From Trichomonas gallinae (taxonomy: Eukaryota): a stretch of DNA of 58,900 nucleotides. Below are positions 43,494 through 54,516 of the stretch, piece after piece (the stretch's first letter is position 1; every line of letters starts with the position of its first letter). Both the position numbers and the translations under genes were made by a program. Below the pieces are notes generated by a model. The model made no database searches and was not told the origin of the DNA. It saw nothing but the letters and a program-made list of their open reading frames with translations. The stretch spans positions 1 through 58,900 of the forward strand of contig MRSU01000169.1 of the NCBI GenBank assembly GCA_008369845.1, written 5' to 3'.

Positions 43494-46391
43494 ATGAATC
43501 CAACAGAATTTGAGAATTGGGTAAAATCATTGAATGAGCTTTCTGAAGGCAATCAATCTGTTCCAGATCAGATAAATTCTATGATGGCTACTGAAAATAT
43601 TGTAGAACATCTTCTAGAATTAATTTCATCAAATTCACTTTCGATAAATAGCATCATTTTTGCACTATCAATGATAAATTCGAAAGATATTTACACAGAA
43701 GCAGAAAGAAATGCTCTTCATTCATTTTTTGATAATTATTTCATCGATAAAAGAAAGCAACTTTGCAATCAAGCATTCGTTTCGGTTTTATCGAAACTAT
43801 TTCTCAAAACATTTAAATTCCAGCTCAACAAAATTCCTCAATTCATTCATAATTTAGAAAATATTGACGAAACAGGCTTAATTCTAGCAATATCATTATG
43901 TTCAAACATGATATCATCTACTAAAACAGTCTCTGGCTTCGAATATGCATTTGAAATTGCAATAAGACCAATATTTTCAAATTCAATTTCATCAGTTGAA
44001 CTATTACATAGTATTTTCGACTTAATATTCAACTACTTGAACAATTGCAGATCAGGCAAATCGATTTCAGTTCCGAATATGATCATTGAGCAAATTTATT
44101 CGATTGGAGGTGCAAATACTTTATTTGATGTGTTAGAAAAGTCATCAGGAGAAGTTCCAATACTTATACTCAAAATTCTTTCCATTCTTCTTCAGTCTCC
44201 TTTTTCTTCTTTTGGAAAAGATCAATCATTTCGAGATAACTTCGTAGCAGATGTTACAATGAGAATTATTGCAATATTCAACGAGAAGAGGGCAGAAATA
44301 GACTATATTCCTTATTACGTTGAAGTTTGCAAAAGAATTAAATTTTTACTTCCGGATCTTAATCCTAGATTCGATGACCTTAGCGAGGCATTCATTAAAG
44401 CCTATGGGAATCCAACATTTTACGTTTTAACGCCAACAATTTTAATGAATTCGCCAAATCTCGCCGAAATTGTTTTAAGTTTCTTCACAGAACAAACAAC
44501 AAAAGCAAATGGCACTGTTAGAATGCGTAACTTGTTTGCCCAGACAAAAATCATCAAAAAATCATGCCAACAAATCGAAAACACGATTTTTAATATTGAT
44601 TTTAGTTCAGACGTCCTTGAAGTCTTTGTTTCTGATCCATCTAGTAATCTACAGAATGTTATATTAGATTTACACAAGTTAAATATTGAAACAATACAAG
44701 TTCCAGTAAATGAATCTGATTCACCTCAACAAACGAAAACAATTCAAGTTGACAAAGTGAGATACACATTTAATCTTGCCAATAATCTGCTTTTGACTGC
44801 AATTCAACGCCAAGATCCTATCAAAACTGCATTTTATTTATCATATATCACAAAATGCCTTGATTATTTCAAAGATCCTGTTCTTTTTACTGAATCTCTC
44901 TGTAAAGTTCATGAATTGTTGCTAAATTTACCTCCACTTTCACCAGAAAACATAAATCCAGGAATTTTATCATTAGAACTTTCGATTCTCGAATTTTTCC
45001 AACTCGTTTTCAAGGTTTTGTTGTCAGACACAGATCCCGACAGACTCATCTATCTAAGGGACAACAGCCATATTATCCTGGACTTCCTTAGGAGGTTCTT
45101 GAGTGAAGTACAAGGCGAGCAAGTTATTTCAGAGCTCGCAGGTCCTATCATGGATTTATTAGATTTCTCTAAGTACAAAGAGCAGCCTTTGCAAATCATT
45201 GCTATGGATGACACCTTCTTTGAGCTCCTCATTAACATAGATTTCTTCTTGAACTACGAATCAGCCAAGCGAAAAACACGCGATTTCTTCAACTACTTGT
45301 TTACTCTCGGATATTCTATGCCAGACCCAACAAGGATTTCGACGATGCTTGACATCATTGCAAGAATGTTTTCTCAAGATAGAATGAACGCGATTATATA
45401 TTATATGCTTGCTGGAGCTGTTTCATCGCCTAAATGCAAATTCGAGTTTCTTATAGATATCATCAAAAACCATTATTTCACACCATTCAAGGAGATAATA
45501 ACTAACAAAGAAACACCTGATTTAACTTTATTCGCCCTTATTAAATTTTTAGTATCATTCAGCGATGCAGCAAGGAAAGCTGCTCTACCATGTTTAGGAG
45601 AATATTCTATTTTTTGCTTCACTTTTCTCACTGATTTACTCAGATTGCTTTTGGACAGGATTAACTCCATGGAAAACTCTGTCCCTCTTTTCAAGATCAT
45701 TGCTTATATGATGCAGGTTCTCAATAATATAATTGATTCACCTCACATTAATATTGGTGTTTTGGAAATTTACAAGAGAACTGATTTTAGAGACATTATC
45801 ACTGTCATTCTTGAGAGAATGATGCTCATTCCACTCGATGCGATTTCTTCCGCACCAAAACTAGCATTAAGATATATGAATCTGCTTTCTTTGATGCTTC
45901 AAGAAGTGCCAACAATTTTCTTCGAGCAGCAGAGCGAAATACAGCACCACCAGATTGAGGCAACTAAAGTTATACTTAGTATAGATGCCGAGGAAGCAAT
46001 CACCAGCGCATTAAATGTTATCGCAAGTTATCTGACAACAGTCGCCGAATTTAGAAATTCTGATGAAGTTCCTGATGACTTAAGAGTAGATCTATTCAAG
46101 TTTTGTCTTTCTGCTTTGATAATTAAAAGACAGAGATTAGAATCCTTAGCAAAAGTCATTCTTATTTTTGCTAGATCCAACCCAGAGCTTGTTAATAACA
46201 CTGTTAATGACTTGTTTGGGCAGGTTCCAGAAGAATATAGAAATGATGCAATTATTCCTTTCAAGCATTTAAGATCTTATCTGAGAATGACAGTAGACTA
46301 CTCGAGAACACCTCAAATACCGCATATATTGGCAGCATGTTTGGATATTGGAGAATTTTTCGAACAATTTAATATTCCTATCACTATCTAA
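43494..46391 (+). CDS. Exportin-7 (RanBP16)-like HEAT protein
   Basis: 965-aa helical ORF; HINIGVLEIY and LMIPLDAISSAPKLALRYMNLL resemble XPO7 YVNFGVFRLY and LSIPxxDLLxYPKLSxxYY. Confidence 0.65.
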   Translation: MNPTEFENWVKSLNELSEGNQSVPDQINSMMATENIVEHLLELISSNSLSINSIIFALSMINSKDIYTEAERNALHSFFDNYFIDKRKQLCNQAFVSVLSKLFLKTFKFQLNKIPQFIHNLENIDETGLILAISLCSNMISSTKTVSGFEYAFEIAIRPIFSNSISSVELLHSIFDLIFNYLNNCRSGKSISVPNMIIEQIYSIGGANTLFDVLEKSSGEVPILILKILSILLQSPFSSFGKDQSFRDNFVADVTMRIIAIFNEKRAEIDYIPYYVEVCKRIKFLLPDLNPRFDDLSEAFIKAYGNPTFYVLTPTILMNSPNLAEIVLSFFTEQTTKANGTVRMRNLFAQTKIIKKSCQQIENTIFNIDFSSDVLEVFVSDPSSNLQNVILDLHKLNIETIQVPVNESDSPQQTKTIQVDKVRYTFNLANNLLLTAIQRQDPIKTAFYLSYITKCLDYFKDPVLFTESLCKVHELLLNLPPLSPENINPGILSLELSILEFFQLVFKVLLSDTDPDRLIYLRDNSHIILDFLRRFLSEVQGEQVISELAGPIMDLLDFSKYKEQPLQIIAMDDTFFELLINIDFFLNYESAKRKTRDFFNYLFTLGYSMPDPTRISTMLDIIARMFSQDRMNAIIYYMLAGAVSSPKCKFEFLIDIIKNHYFTPFKEIITNKETPDLTLFALIKFLVSFSDAARKAALPCLGEYSIFCFTFLTDLLRLLLDRINSMENSVPLFKIIAYMMQVLNNIIDSPHINIGVLEIYKRTDFRDIITVILERMMLIPLDAISSAPKLALRYMNLLSLMLQEVPTIFFEQQSEIQHHQIEATKVILSIDAEEAITSALNVIASYLTTVAEFRNSDEVPDDLRVDLFKFCLSALIIKRQRLESLAKVILIFARSNPELVNNTVNDLFGQVPEEYRNDAIIPFKHLRSYLRMTVDYSRTPQIPHILAACLDIGEFFEQFNIPITI

Positions 46392-46910
46392 TGTTTAATT
46401 TATTTTATGTTTTCTTATCACTTCTATTCATAAATTTATAGAGTTTTATGCTAACAAAAAACAATATAATTATTTGTACTTGCAGTTTATTTCGTATTTT
46501 AATTCCCATATACATGAGATTATTAGATATATGTTAGATATACAGATATATTGTAGCGTACTAGAAAAGCAGCTTTCAGAAGAGAAAGAGATTGCAAAAC
46601 ATCATTAAATTTAAACCAATATTGAGGAAGTTTGTCATAGCAAAGTTTTTTTAAAAAAGTCTACTAACAAAATTTAGGGTCTTTTCATCCGAATATTTTA
46701 GGGAAAATATGGACAAATAAACCAATAGTCAAGTATGCTATGTACAAAGTCAATACATATTGATACAGAATTGAGTTAATTGCATATTAAAAATATCTCA
46801 TAAAAAATATAATAATAATTTCAGAATTATCAATTGATATGCAAAGATTACAAATATTATTCACAAATGGTAACTACCGATAGGCTATATCAATTATTTC
46901 AAATTCTCAA

Positions 46911-47245
46911 TATCGTTTTCTTCGCGTTATCCATGTATTATTCGTGGATATGCTTTTCAAGACATGTAAAAAACATACATATTTCAGACACCCAATAAAA
47001 TTGGTAGATGGAAACTCACTCATTTGAACCATTTTCTTTCCTATTCATTCTATTGCTTGGATACAATAAATATAAGTTATATTGATACAAAACATTAAAT
47101 ATTTAATATTTGGTTATAAAAACATCTAGGTTTGCACGTTGATTATGTTGATTTTACCGAGTAGTCAAATAAGTGACGGATGTGATCCATACTTTTGGAT
47201 TAGCTATGCTCACTCAAATCATTTCTTTTTTTTCTGTATCGTTTT
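46911..47245 (-). promoter_or_regulatory. Two Myb-recognition-element-like sites (ANAACGATA) upstream of clathrin heavy chain
   Basis: TATCGTTTT at 46911-46919 and 47237-47245; TATCGTT also precedes the kinase, FAM91A1 and RPS23 genes. Confidence 0.35.
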
Positions 47246-47499
47246 TCATAAAAAATTAACCGCTACGATTTAATATCAATTGTTCGCTGAATTTAAAGGT
47301 ATATAGATCGAATAAATATTTTCCAAAAGTTTTCGAAGTAAAAAAAATTTTAAAGGTTTTCAGAAGAATAACCGTTCGTAAACTATTGAAATGTTAGCCA
47401 AAGAAATTTTCCATGTTTTTAGTGTTTATTTTTTGAGACAAAATAATGTATGCGAAAATTATGGAACGAAATGTTGATCGGTTTTGACACTTTCAAATA

Positions 47500-50400
47500 A
47501 TGTCGCAACCAATCTATGTTAATGAGGTCTTCTCGTTCGCCTCTCAGAACATGGACCCGAAGTTCGCCATCCCAGCGAATGCCGCCGTTTCCAAGGACAA
47601 GTACCTTTGCGTTCGCGAGGAAAATGGCGCAGACTCACAAGTCGCGATCATTGACCTTCAGCAGGGCAACCAGATCACCAGACACCGCATGAGCGCTGAT
47701 GCTGCCCTTATGCATCCATCCCGCAACGTTATCGCTCTTCGCGGAAACAATGCTCTCCAAGTCTTCGATCTCAGCACACGTGCCCGCCTGAAATCGTTTA
47801 CAGTACCAGAGAACATGCCAGTCAGCTACTGGAAGTTCGTCGATGAGACAACTTTAATGTTCGTATGCGGAAATGCTGTCTTCCACTGGAGTATTCAGGA
47901 CCAGAGCAACCCGATACAGGTCTTCCAGCTCCTCCCGAACCTTTCTCAGGCTCAAATCATGGGTTACTCGATTTCGCAGGATAAGAATTGGTTCTGCCTT
48001 TCTGGCCTCGTACAGGAGAACGGCCAAATCGCAGGCAAGCTCCAGCTCTACTCCAGAGAGCGCAACGTTTCACAATGCATCGATGCTTATAATGGCGTTT
48101 TCGCTAACATCGGCAACCTCCAGCTCCTCGCTTTCTCATCCAAGGCCGGCAACATGCGCCTCAACATCTTCCCACTTGGCGCTTCCCCAGAAGCACAGGC
48201 TTTCGGAAAGAAGGCACAAGATCTCCAGGCTCCGCCGGATGCAGCCGACGATCTCCCACTCTATGTACTTCACTCACCAAAGTACAACTCAATCTTCATG
48301 GTTACACGCGGTGGTCTCTGCTACATGATGGAAATCGAAACAGCATCCGTCTATCTTAACATCCGTATCGCCCAGTCCCCGCAGATCCTTGCTTCCGTTA
48401 CATCAAATGGTGGAATTCTTACACTCGGCAGAGACGGTCGCCTTCTTTCCATCACAATCAACAATGATGCTATCATTGACTTCATTTCTCAGCGCGCCGG
48501 CGCTCAGGTTGCCGCCAAGGTCGCTGCAAATGCTGGAATCCGCATGTCCAACGACTTCATCACACAGCAGTTCGACCAGCTCCTTCTCCAGGGCAACTTC
48601 CAGGAGGCTGCTCGCGTTGCAGCAACAACACCAGGCGACGCACTCCGTGGAATCGGCACAATCAACAAGCTCCAGAGACTCCCAACACAGCCAGGTGGCC
48701 ATCCAGCTCTCCTTCAGTACCTTTCCTCTCTCATCACACAGACGAAGCTCAACGAGGTCGAGTCCATCGAGTTCTGCCGCATTGTCATCAACATGGGCAA
48801 GGGCAACCTCATCCAGAACTGGATCAAGACAGACAACTTGACACCATCAGACCAGCTCGGTGATATCATCAAGCCAGCAGACACAGTCACAGCCATCGCC
48901 GTTTATATCCGCGCCAACGTTCCAGCTAAGGTCTGCGCTTCATTCGCTGAGATGGGCGCCTTCGACAAGATCGCTCAGTACAGCCAGCAGTACAACTACC
49001 AGGTTGACTGGCTCCAGATCATCACACTCATCGCCAGATCTAACCCAGAGGGCCTTACACAGCTCCTCAGCTTCATCGCTAACAACGGTCAGCCACTTGT
49101 TAATGCTATGCAGGTTGTCACAATCCTTCAGCAGTTCCAGCTCTTCAATGCTGCTGCTTCATTCCTTGTTTCTGTTCTCGTCAACAACCGCGAGGAAGAC
49201 TCTGAGCTCCAGACACTTCTCTTCGAGATTACACTCACAAACGTCCCACGTGTCGCTGAGGAACTCTTCTCCAAGGAACTATACACATTCTACGACCGCC
49301 AGAAGATCGCAAACCTTTGCGAACGTGCAGGCAACTTCCAGCGCGCTCTCGAGCACTACACAGATCTCCCATCCATCAAGCGTTGCATCGTCAACACAGC
49401 CAACATCAGCCCAGACTTCCTTGTCCAGTACTTCGCAACAATGGATCCGCAGTGGGTCCTCGAGTGCCTCAAGGAGCTCTTGACAAACAACCAGCAGGCA
49501 AACATCCAGATCGTCGTCAAGGTCGCCGGCACATACTACGATAAGCTCGGCATCGACACACTCCTCAACCTCTTCAACAAGACAAAGGCTACAGGTGCTA
49601 TCTACTATTTCCTCGCTCAGGTCGTCACAACATGCACAGACCCAGATATCCACTTCAGATACATCGAGTCCGCCACAAAGCTTCAGGACTACACAGAAGT
49701 CGAGCGTATGTGCCGTGAATCTCAGTACCTCCAGCCAGAACGTGTCCGTGACTTCCTCATGCAGGCTGATATCCCAGACCGCGTCCCACTCATCGTTCTC
49801 TGCAACAGATTCGAGTTCGCAGAGGACCTCACAAAGTTCCTCTACAAGAAGAACGCTTCACGCGAGCTTGAGATCTACGTCCAGAAGTTCAACCCAGCCA
49901 TGGCCGGCCGCGTCATCGGTGCCCTCATCGATATCGAGGCTCCACAGGAGTACATCGTCAAGCTCATCAACCTTGTCCAGCACACAGCTCCAATGTCTGA
50001 GCTCATCAAGGAGACAATGAAGCGCGAGAGACTGAGACTCCTCCAGACAATCCTCGAGCAGCGTGCTGCTACAGGCTCCGTCGATCCAGCCACAAACAAT
50101 GGTATTGTTCTCCTCGCCTACAACATGGGCCGCAACCCAGAGCGTGCTCTCCGCGAGAACCAGTACTACGAGCCAAAGTTTGTCGGTGAGATCCTCTCCA
50201 AGAGAGATGCCCACCTTGCTTGCATCGCCTACGCTCGTGGCCAGTGTGATGATGAACTTCTTGAGCTCACAAACCAGCACCAACTCTACAAGGAACAGGC
50301 TCGCTACCTTGTCAACAGAGCTGATGAGGAACTTTGGGCACGCGTTCTTTCTGCTGAGAACCCACACATGAAGCTCGTCGTTGATGCTGTTATCTCAACA

Positions 50401-52569
50401 GCTCTTCCAGAGTGCGAAGACCCAGACAAGGTCTCAATGACAGTCAAGGCATTCATGGCTGCTGATATCCCAGCTCAGCTCCTCGGCCTTCTCGAGAAGG
50501 TTGTCATGGAGTCTCCACAGTTCAAGGAGAACGTTTCACTCCAGAATCTCCTCATCCTCACAGCTGCTCAGTCCGATACATCTCGTGTCATGAACTACGT
50601 TCAGCGCCTCAACCACTACACATGGGACAAGATCGCTGAGAAGCTTGTCGATTTCCAGCTCTACGATGAGACAATCGCTGTCTACAAGAAGTACGAACAG
50701 CCAGTTCTCGCTGTCAAGGTCATGCTCGATCACAAGCACGATCTCCAGGGTGCTGCTGACTGGGCCGCACACTGCAACGAGCCAAACGTTTGGGCAGAAG
50801 TTGCTCGAGCTCAGCTCGCTGACGGTCAGATCGGCGTCGCCATCGAGTCTTTCATCAAGTCCAAGGATACAAAGGACTACGCTCAGGTCATCGAGGCTGC
50901 AGAAGCTGCCAACGAGTACAAGGCTCTTGTTGGATACCTTCAACTCGCTCGTGAGAACCAGATCAGCGATCCAATCATCGAGACAGAGCTTTTATTCGCT
51001 TACGCCAAGGTTGACATGCTCAGCGAAATCGAAGAGCTCGTTTCCTCTCCAAACTCCGCTCGCACAAAGGAAATTGCCGACCGCTGCTTCGACCAACAGC
51101 TCTACAAGGCCGCCAAGATCCTCTACACAGCTGTTAAGGACTACACACGCCTCGCTGAGACACTCATCGAGTTGAACGAACTTGGCGCCGCCATCGATGC
51201 TGCCCGCAAGGCCTCATCGACAAAGTCATGGAAGGCTGTCCTCCGCGCTTGCATCCTCCTCCAGGACTTCAAGCTTGCCCAGGTTGCTGGCCTCCAGATC
51301 GTTGTCGAGGCTGACCAGCTCTTGGACGTCATCAAGCTCTACGAAGACGATGGATACTTCTCACAGTGCATCTCCATGCTCGAGGCTGCCCTCGCTCTTG
51401 AACGCGCTCACGGCGGCATCTTCACAGAGCTTGCTGTCCTCTACGCCAAGCACCAGCCAGAGAAGTGCATGGACCACCTCAAGAATTACCATACACGCAT
51501 TGCCCTCTTCAAGGTCATCAAGATCCTACATGAAATGCACATGTGGAAGGAGCTCGTCTTCGCTTACGACAAGTACAGCGAGTTCGACAATGCCGTCCTC
51601 ACAGTCATCGAGCACCCAACAACATGGACACACAACTACTTCAAGGAGCTCGTTAATCAGGTCTCCAACGCCGACATCCTCTACAGGTCTCTCAATTTCT
51701 ACCTCACAATTTCACCACTCGACATCCCAGACCTCCTCAGCACAATCGGCCCGAAGATCGATTCAACACGCCTTGTCGAGATGTTCCGCCGCACAAACAA
51801 CCTCCAGTTGATCAAGAGTTACCTCGCCTCCATCCAAAATACAAACGTCCAGGCTGTCAACGAGGCCCTCAACGCTATGTACATCGAAGATGGCGACTAC
51901 GACTCACTCAGGCACTCCATCGACTCATTCACACTCTTCGAGCAGATCACACTTGCCCGTGAGCTTGAACACCACGAGTGTCTCGAATTCCGCCGCATCT
52001 CATCCTACATCTTCCGCAAGAACCAGCGCTGGAACGATTCTATCAACATCTCCAAGAAGGACGAGTTCTACCGTGATGCAATCGAGACAGCTGCTCAGTC
52101 CAAGGATGCCAAACTCGTTGAGGAGCTCCTCAGGTTCTTCCTCGATAAGAAGTTATTAGAGTGCTTCGCTGCTGCCACATACGTCTGCTACGACCTTCTC
52201 TCATCCGATCTCGTCCTCGAACTCGCATGGCGAAACGATTGCATGGACTTCGCCATGCCATTCCTCATCCAGTCAATGAGAGACCAGAACGCTGCCATCG
52301 CCAAGCTTCAGGCTGATGTCCAGGCCCTCTCTGGCACAGTCGAAGAGACAAAGTCAGTTGCCCAGACAGCTGCTGCTACGGCCTCTGCTGCTCCACCAGT
52401 CTTCGATGGTGGATTCCCAGACCAGCCAGCAACATTCGCTCAGCCAACATTTGTCCAGTCAACTGATCCATTTGTCAATGGTGGTGCTGCTTCATTCTCT
52501 GGACAGCCACAGTACGCTTCACAGGGTGGATTCCAGGGATTCAACCCACAATTCCAGGGTTACCAGTAA
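47500..52569 (+). CDS. CHC: Clathrin heavy chain
   Basis: DKYLCVRE, MSADAALMHP, GKLQLYSRERNVSQ, LCERAGNFQRALEHYTD, LQNLLILTA, LERAHGGIFTELAVLYAK, MDFAMPFLIQ; 1689 aa. Confidence 0.99.
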   Translation: MSQPIYVNEVFSFASQNMDPKFAIPANAAVSKDKYLCVREENGADSQVAIIDLQQGNQITRHRMSADAALMHPSRNVIALRGNNALQVFDLSTRARLKSFTVPENMPVSYWKFVDETTLMFVCGNAVFHWSIQDQSNPIQVFQLLPNLSQAQIMGYSISQDKNWFCLSGLVQENGQIAGKLQLYSRERNVSQCIDAYNGVFANIGNLQLLAFSSKAGNMRLNIFPLGASPEAQAFGKKAQDLQAPPDAADDLPLYVLHSPKYNSIFMVTRGGLCYMMEIETASVYLNIRIAQSPQILASVTSNGGILTLGRDGRLLSITINNDAIIDFISQRAGAQVAAKVAANAGIRMSNDFITQQFDQLLLQGNFQEAARVAATTPGDALRGIGTINKLQRLPTQPGGHPALLQYLSSLITQTKLNEVESIEFCRIVINMGKGNLIQNWIKTDNLTPSDQLGDIIKPADTVTAIAVYIRANVPAKVCASFAEMGAFDKIAQYSQQYNYQVDWLQIITLIARSNPEGLTQLLSFIANNGQPLVNAMQVVTILQQFQLFNAAASFLVSVLVNNREEDSELQTLLFEITLTNVPRVAEELFSKELYTFYDRQKIANLCERAGNFQRALEHYTDLPSIKRCIVNTANISPDFLVQYFATMDPQWVLECLKELLTNNQQANIQIVVKVAGTYYDKLGIDTLLNLFNKTKATGAIYYFLAQVVTTCTDPDIHFRYIESATKLQDYTEVERMCRESQYLQPERVRDFLMQADIPDRVPLIVLCNRFEFAEDLTKFLYKKNASRELEIYVQKFNPAMAGRVIGALIDIEAPQEYIVKLINLVQHTAPMSELIKETMKRERLRLLQTILEQRAATGSVDPATNNGIVLLAYNMGRNPERALRENQYYEPKFVGEILSKRDAHLACIAYARGQCDDELLELTNQHQLYKEQARYLVNRADEELWARVLSAENPHMKLVVDAVISTALPECEDPDKVSMTVKAFMAADIPAQLLGLLEKVVMESPQFKENVSLQNLLILTAAQSDTSRVMNYVQRLNHYTWDKIAEKLVDFQLYDETIAVYKKYEQPVLAVKVMLDHKHDLQGAADWAAHCNEPNVWAEVARAQLADGQIGVAIESFIKSKDTKDYAQVIEAAEAANEYKALVGYLQLARENQISDPIIETELLFAYAKVDMLSEIEELVSSPNSARTKEIADRCFDQQLYKAAKILYTAVKDYTRLAETLIELNELGAAIDAARKASSTKSWKAVLRACILLQDFKLAQVAGLQIVVEADQLLDVIKLYEDDGYFSQCISMLEAALALERAHGGIFTELAVLYAKHQPEKCMDHLKNYHTRIALFKVIKILHEMHMWKELVFAYDKYSEFDNAVLTVIEHPTTWTHNYFKELVNQVSNADILYRSLNFYLTISPLDIPDLLSTIGPKIDSTRLVEMFRRTNNLQLIKSYLASIQNTNVQAVNEALNAMYIEDGDYDSLRHSIDSFTLFEQITLARELEHHECLEFRRISSYIFRKNQRWNDSINISKKDEFYRDAIETAAQSKDAKLVEELLRFFLDKKLLECFAAATYVCYDLLSSDLVLELAWRNDCMDFAMPFLIQSMRDQNAAIAKLQADVQALSGTVEETKSVAQTAAATASAAPPVFDGGFPDQPATFAQPTFVQSTDPFVNGGAASFSGQPQYASQGGFQGFNPQFQGYQ

Positions 52570-53152
52570 ACAATAATCCTTAATTTCTGAAGAAATTTAT
52601 TTTTTTTTAATTTTTCGCCATGATCTCATGCATATATATTCCCAACATTGTTTTAATTATTTTGTAATATTCTTAACTGTTCTAAATTATGACAACAATG
52701 AAATCACAATATCATTTTCATATTTTGGAGATGGAAAAGCACTAATATAATATTTTAGTTTTTTCTTTTAATTCATCAAGAGCAGAGCTTAGAGATGTGC
52801 TCATATTTGTGAAAGATATTTTGTTTTTTGTTGTTGATATATTTTTCAACTATGGCTGATTTCTGTATGTAATATAGCAACTAAATACTCCTATTTTGAT
52901 GCGTTTCGTATTACAATATTTTTTCCAAAAAAATATTATCGATAAGAACATTTGATAATTTGGATAATGAATTATTTACTTATATGTATCACATAGTTCA
53001 ATAGCTTATAGCATAGATGCTGATAATTCGATGATTGGAAGAAATTTCTGAATAATTACTTGAAATCCAGAGAGTATAGACAATAATATGATTAATTTTG
53101 CATTCCAAATGAAAATTTCCGATTTCTGGCTTTGTAAAGTTTACATATCAAA

Positions 53153-54127
53153 ATGTTTCTCTTCTTAAATTTCGCTTTGTCGACAATTATTGTCGACAAA
53201 GGCTATCAAGAAATCATCATCAACAAATACGGAGAAATTATTCAACTTCCAGAACCCAAAAATTCGTATTTTTTCATATTCGATTTACCAGATGATCGTT
53301 CCATCAGCGTAGTAATACAGGATGCGATTGGAAATACTAATTCAATACCGAATTTCAAGTTATCAGGCCTGTTTATCGAAGGCGATCGAGTTAACATTTC
53401 GCAGCCAAACAATCCAACAGATTTCATTGTTCGAGTGTGGTCTATTCCGAAAGATATATGCGGAAGATCGGGTGTTTTGTACTATACACACGATGCCATT
53501 CATTTTCAGATCGGAATCGATCTTCCTGTTAATATTCCTTTCTGTTTATTCGGCCTACCAGCTAATTCGACAAATATATACGCAAATGCAATACCAGCTG
53601 ACACACAAGTTTATATTTACGATGAATCAATAATTGTTAAAGATTCATCATATCCTTGCACAGCGTCGTGCGCTTACACAAGTAACAAAAACTTTTTCGT
53701 CAATGTTATACCGCCAACTCAAGGCCACGCAGAATTAGATTATACATTCATTGGAGGCATGCGTCAATTATCAGATTTGTCGTGCTCTGCAGCGTTTGCT
53801 CCGTACGCTCTTCCAACAGAAAAGGGTCTACACTATGCTTTAGCTGGAACAGATCCAAAAGATTTCGTTTGCGGTCCGAAAGCTAAAAATTCTAACAGCG
53901 CTCTGATATTTGTGATCGTTGGAATAGCAATCTTCGGTGTAATAGTCGCAATTGTTTTGACTTTCTTAGTTTCGAGATCTGTCGTCAAACTCAAGGACGA
54001 TGAAGGCTTCTTGATCGAGAAACTCGATGATGACAGCATAGAGAAGATGAAACTAGAGTTGGAAGATTTACCTTCTCGTACTAGACAACCTGTTAATATC
54101 GCGGATATTCCAAAGTTCGTTGAATAG
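53153..54127 (+). CDS. Hypothetical type I membrane protein
   Basis: Signal-like MFLFLNFALS, Cys-containing ectodomain, TM ALIFVIVGIAIFGVIVAIVLTFLV, acidic cytosolic tail. Confidence 0.8.
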   Translation: MFLFLNFALSTIIVDKGYQEIIINKYGEIIQLPEPKNSYFFIFDLPDDRSISVVIQDAIGNTNSIPNFKLSGLFIEGDRVNISQPNNPTDFIVRVWSIPKDICGRSGVLYYTHDAIHFQIGIDLPVNIPFCLFGLPANSTNIYANAIPADTQVYIYDESIIVKDSSYPCTASCAYTSNKNFFVNVIPPTQGHAELDYTFIGGMRQLSDLSCSAAFAPYALPTEKGLHYALAGTDPKDFVCGPKAKNSNSALIFVIVGIAIFGVIVAIVLTFLVSRSVVKLKDDEGFLIEKLDDDSIEKMKLELEDLPSRTRQPVNIADIPKFVE

Positions 54128-54516
54128 TTGTATAATTGTAAATATTAGTAAAGTTCTTATAGAAACATGTTTTAAAACTATTTATTTTAAATTTCATTTC
54201 AAATTTTAGCCACAATCATTTTGGAAAAGAAGAATATATACTAAATCTCCTACTAAATCTATATTTTTATCCTTTTAGCATAAAATCACTTTTTTAAATT
54301 TCAAATAAAAATTAATTCGAAAATGAGACTTTTTAACATATCTATTGCCTTAGTTAGATCAAGAAAATATAAATTCTTCAATAATTTCTTTAATAATTCT
54401 CAAATTATTATTTTTTGAATAAAAGAATGAAGAAATTTGCATTAAATTGATTTTCGCAATTAAAAACAAGAGAAATATTGTAGAATTAACAAGGAATGAT
54501 GAAGAATAAAAATAGT

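Noticed and set aside
47873..52576. Overlapping ORFs within clathrin heavy chain
   Set aside because: Same codon-bias artefact.
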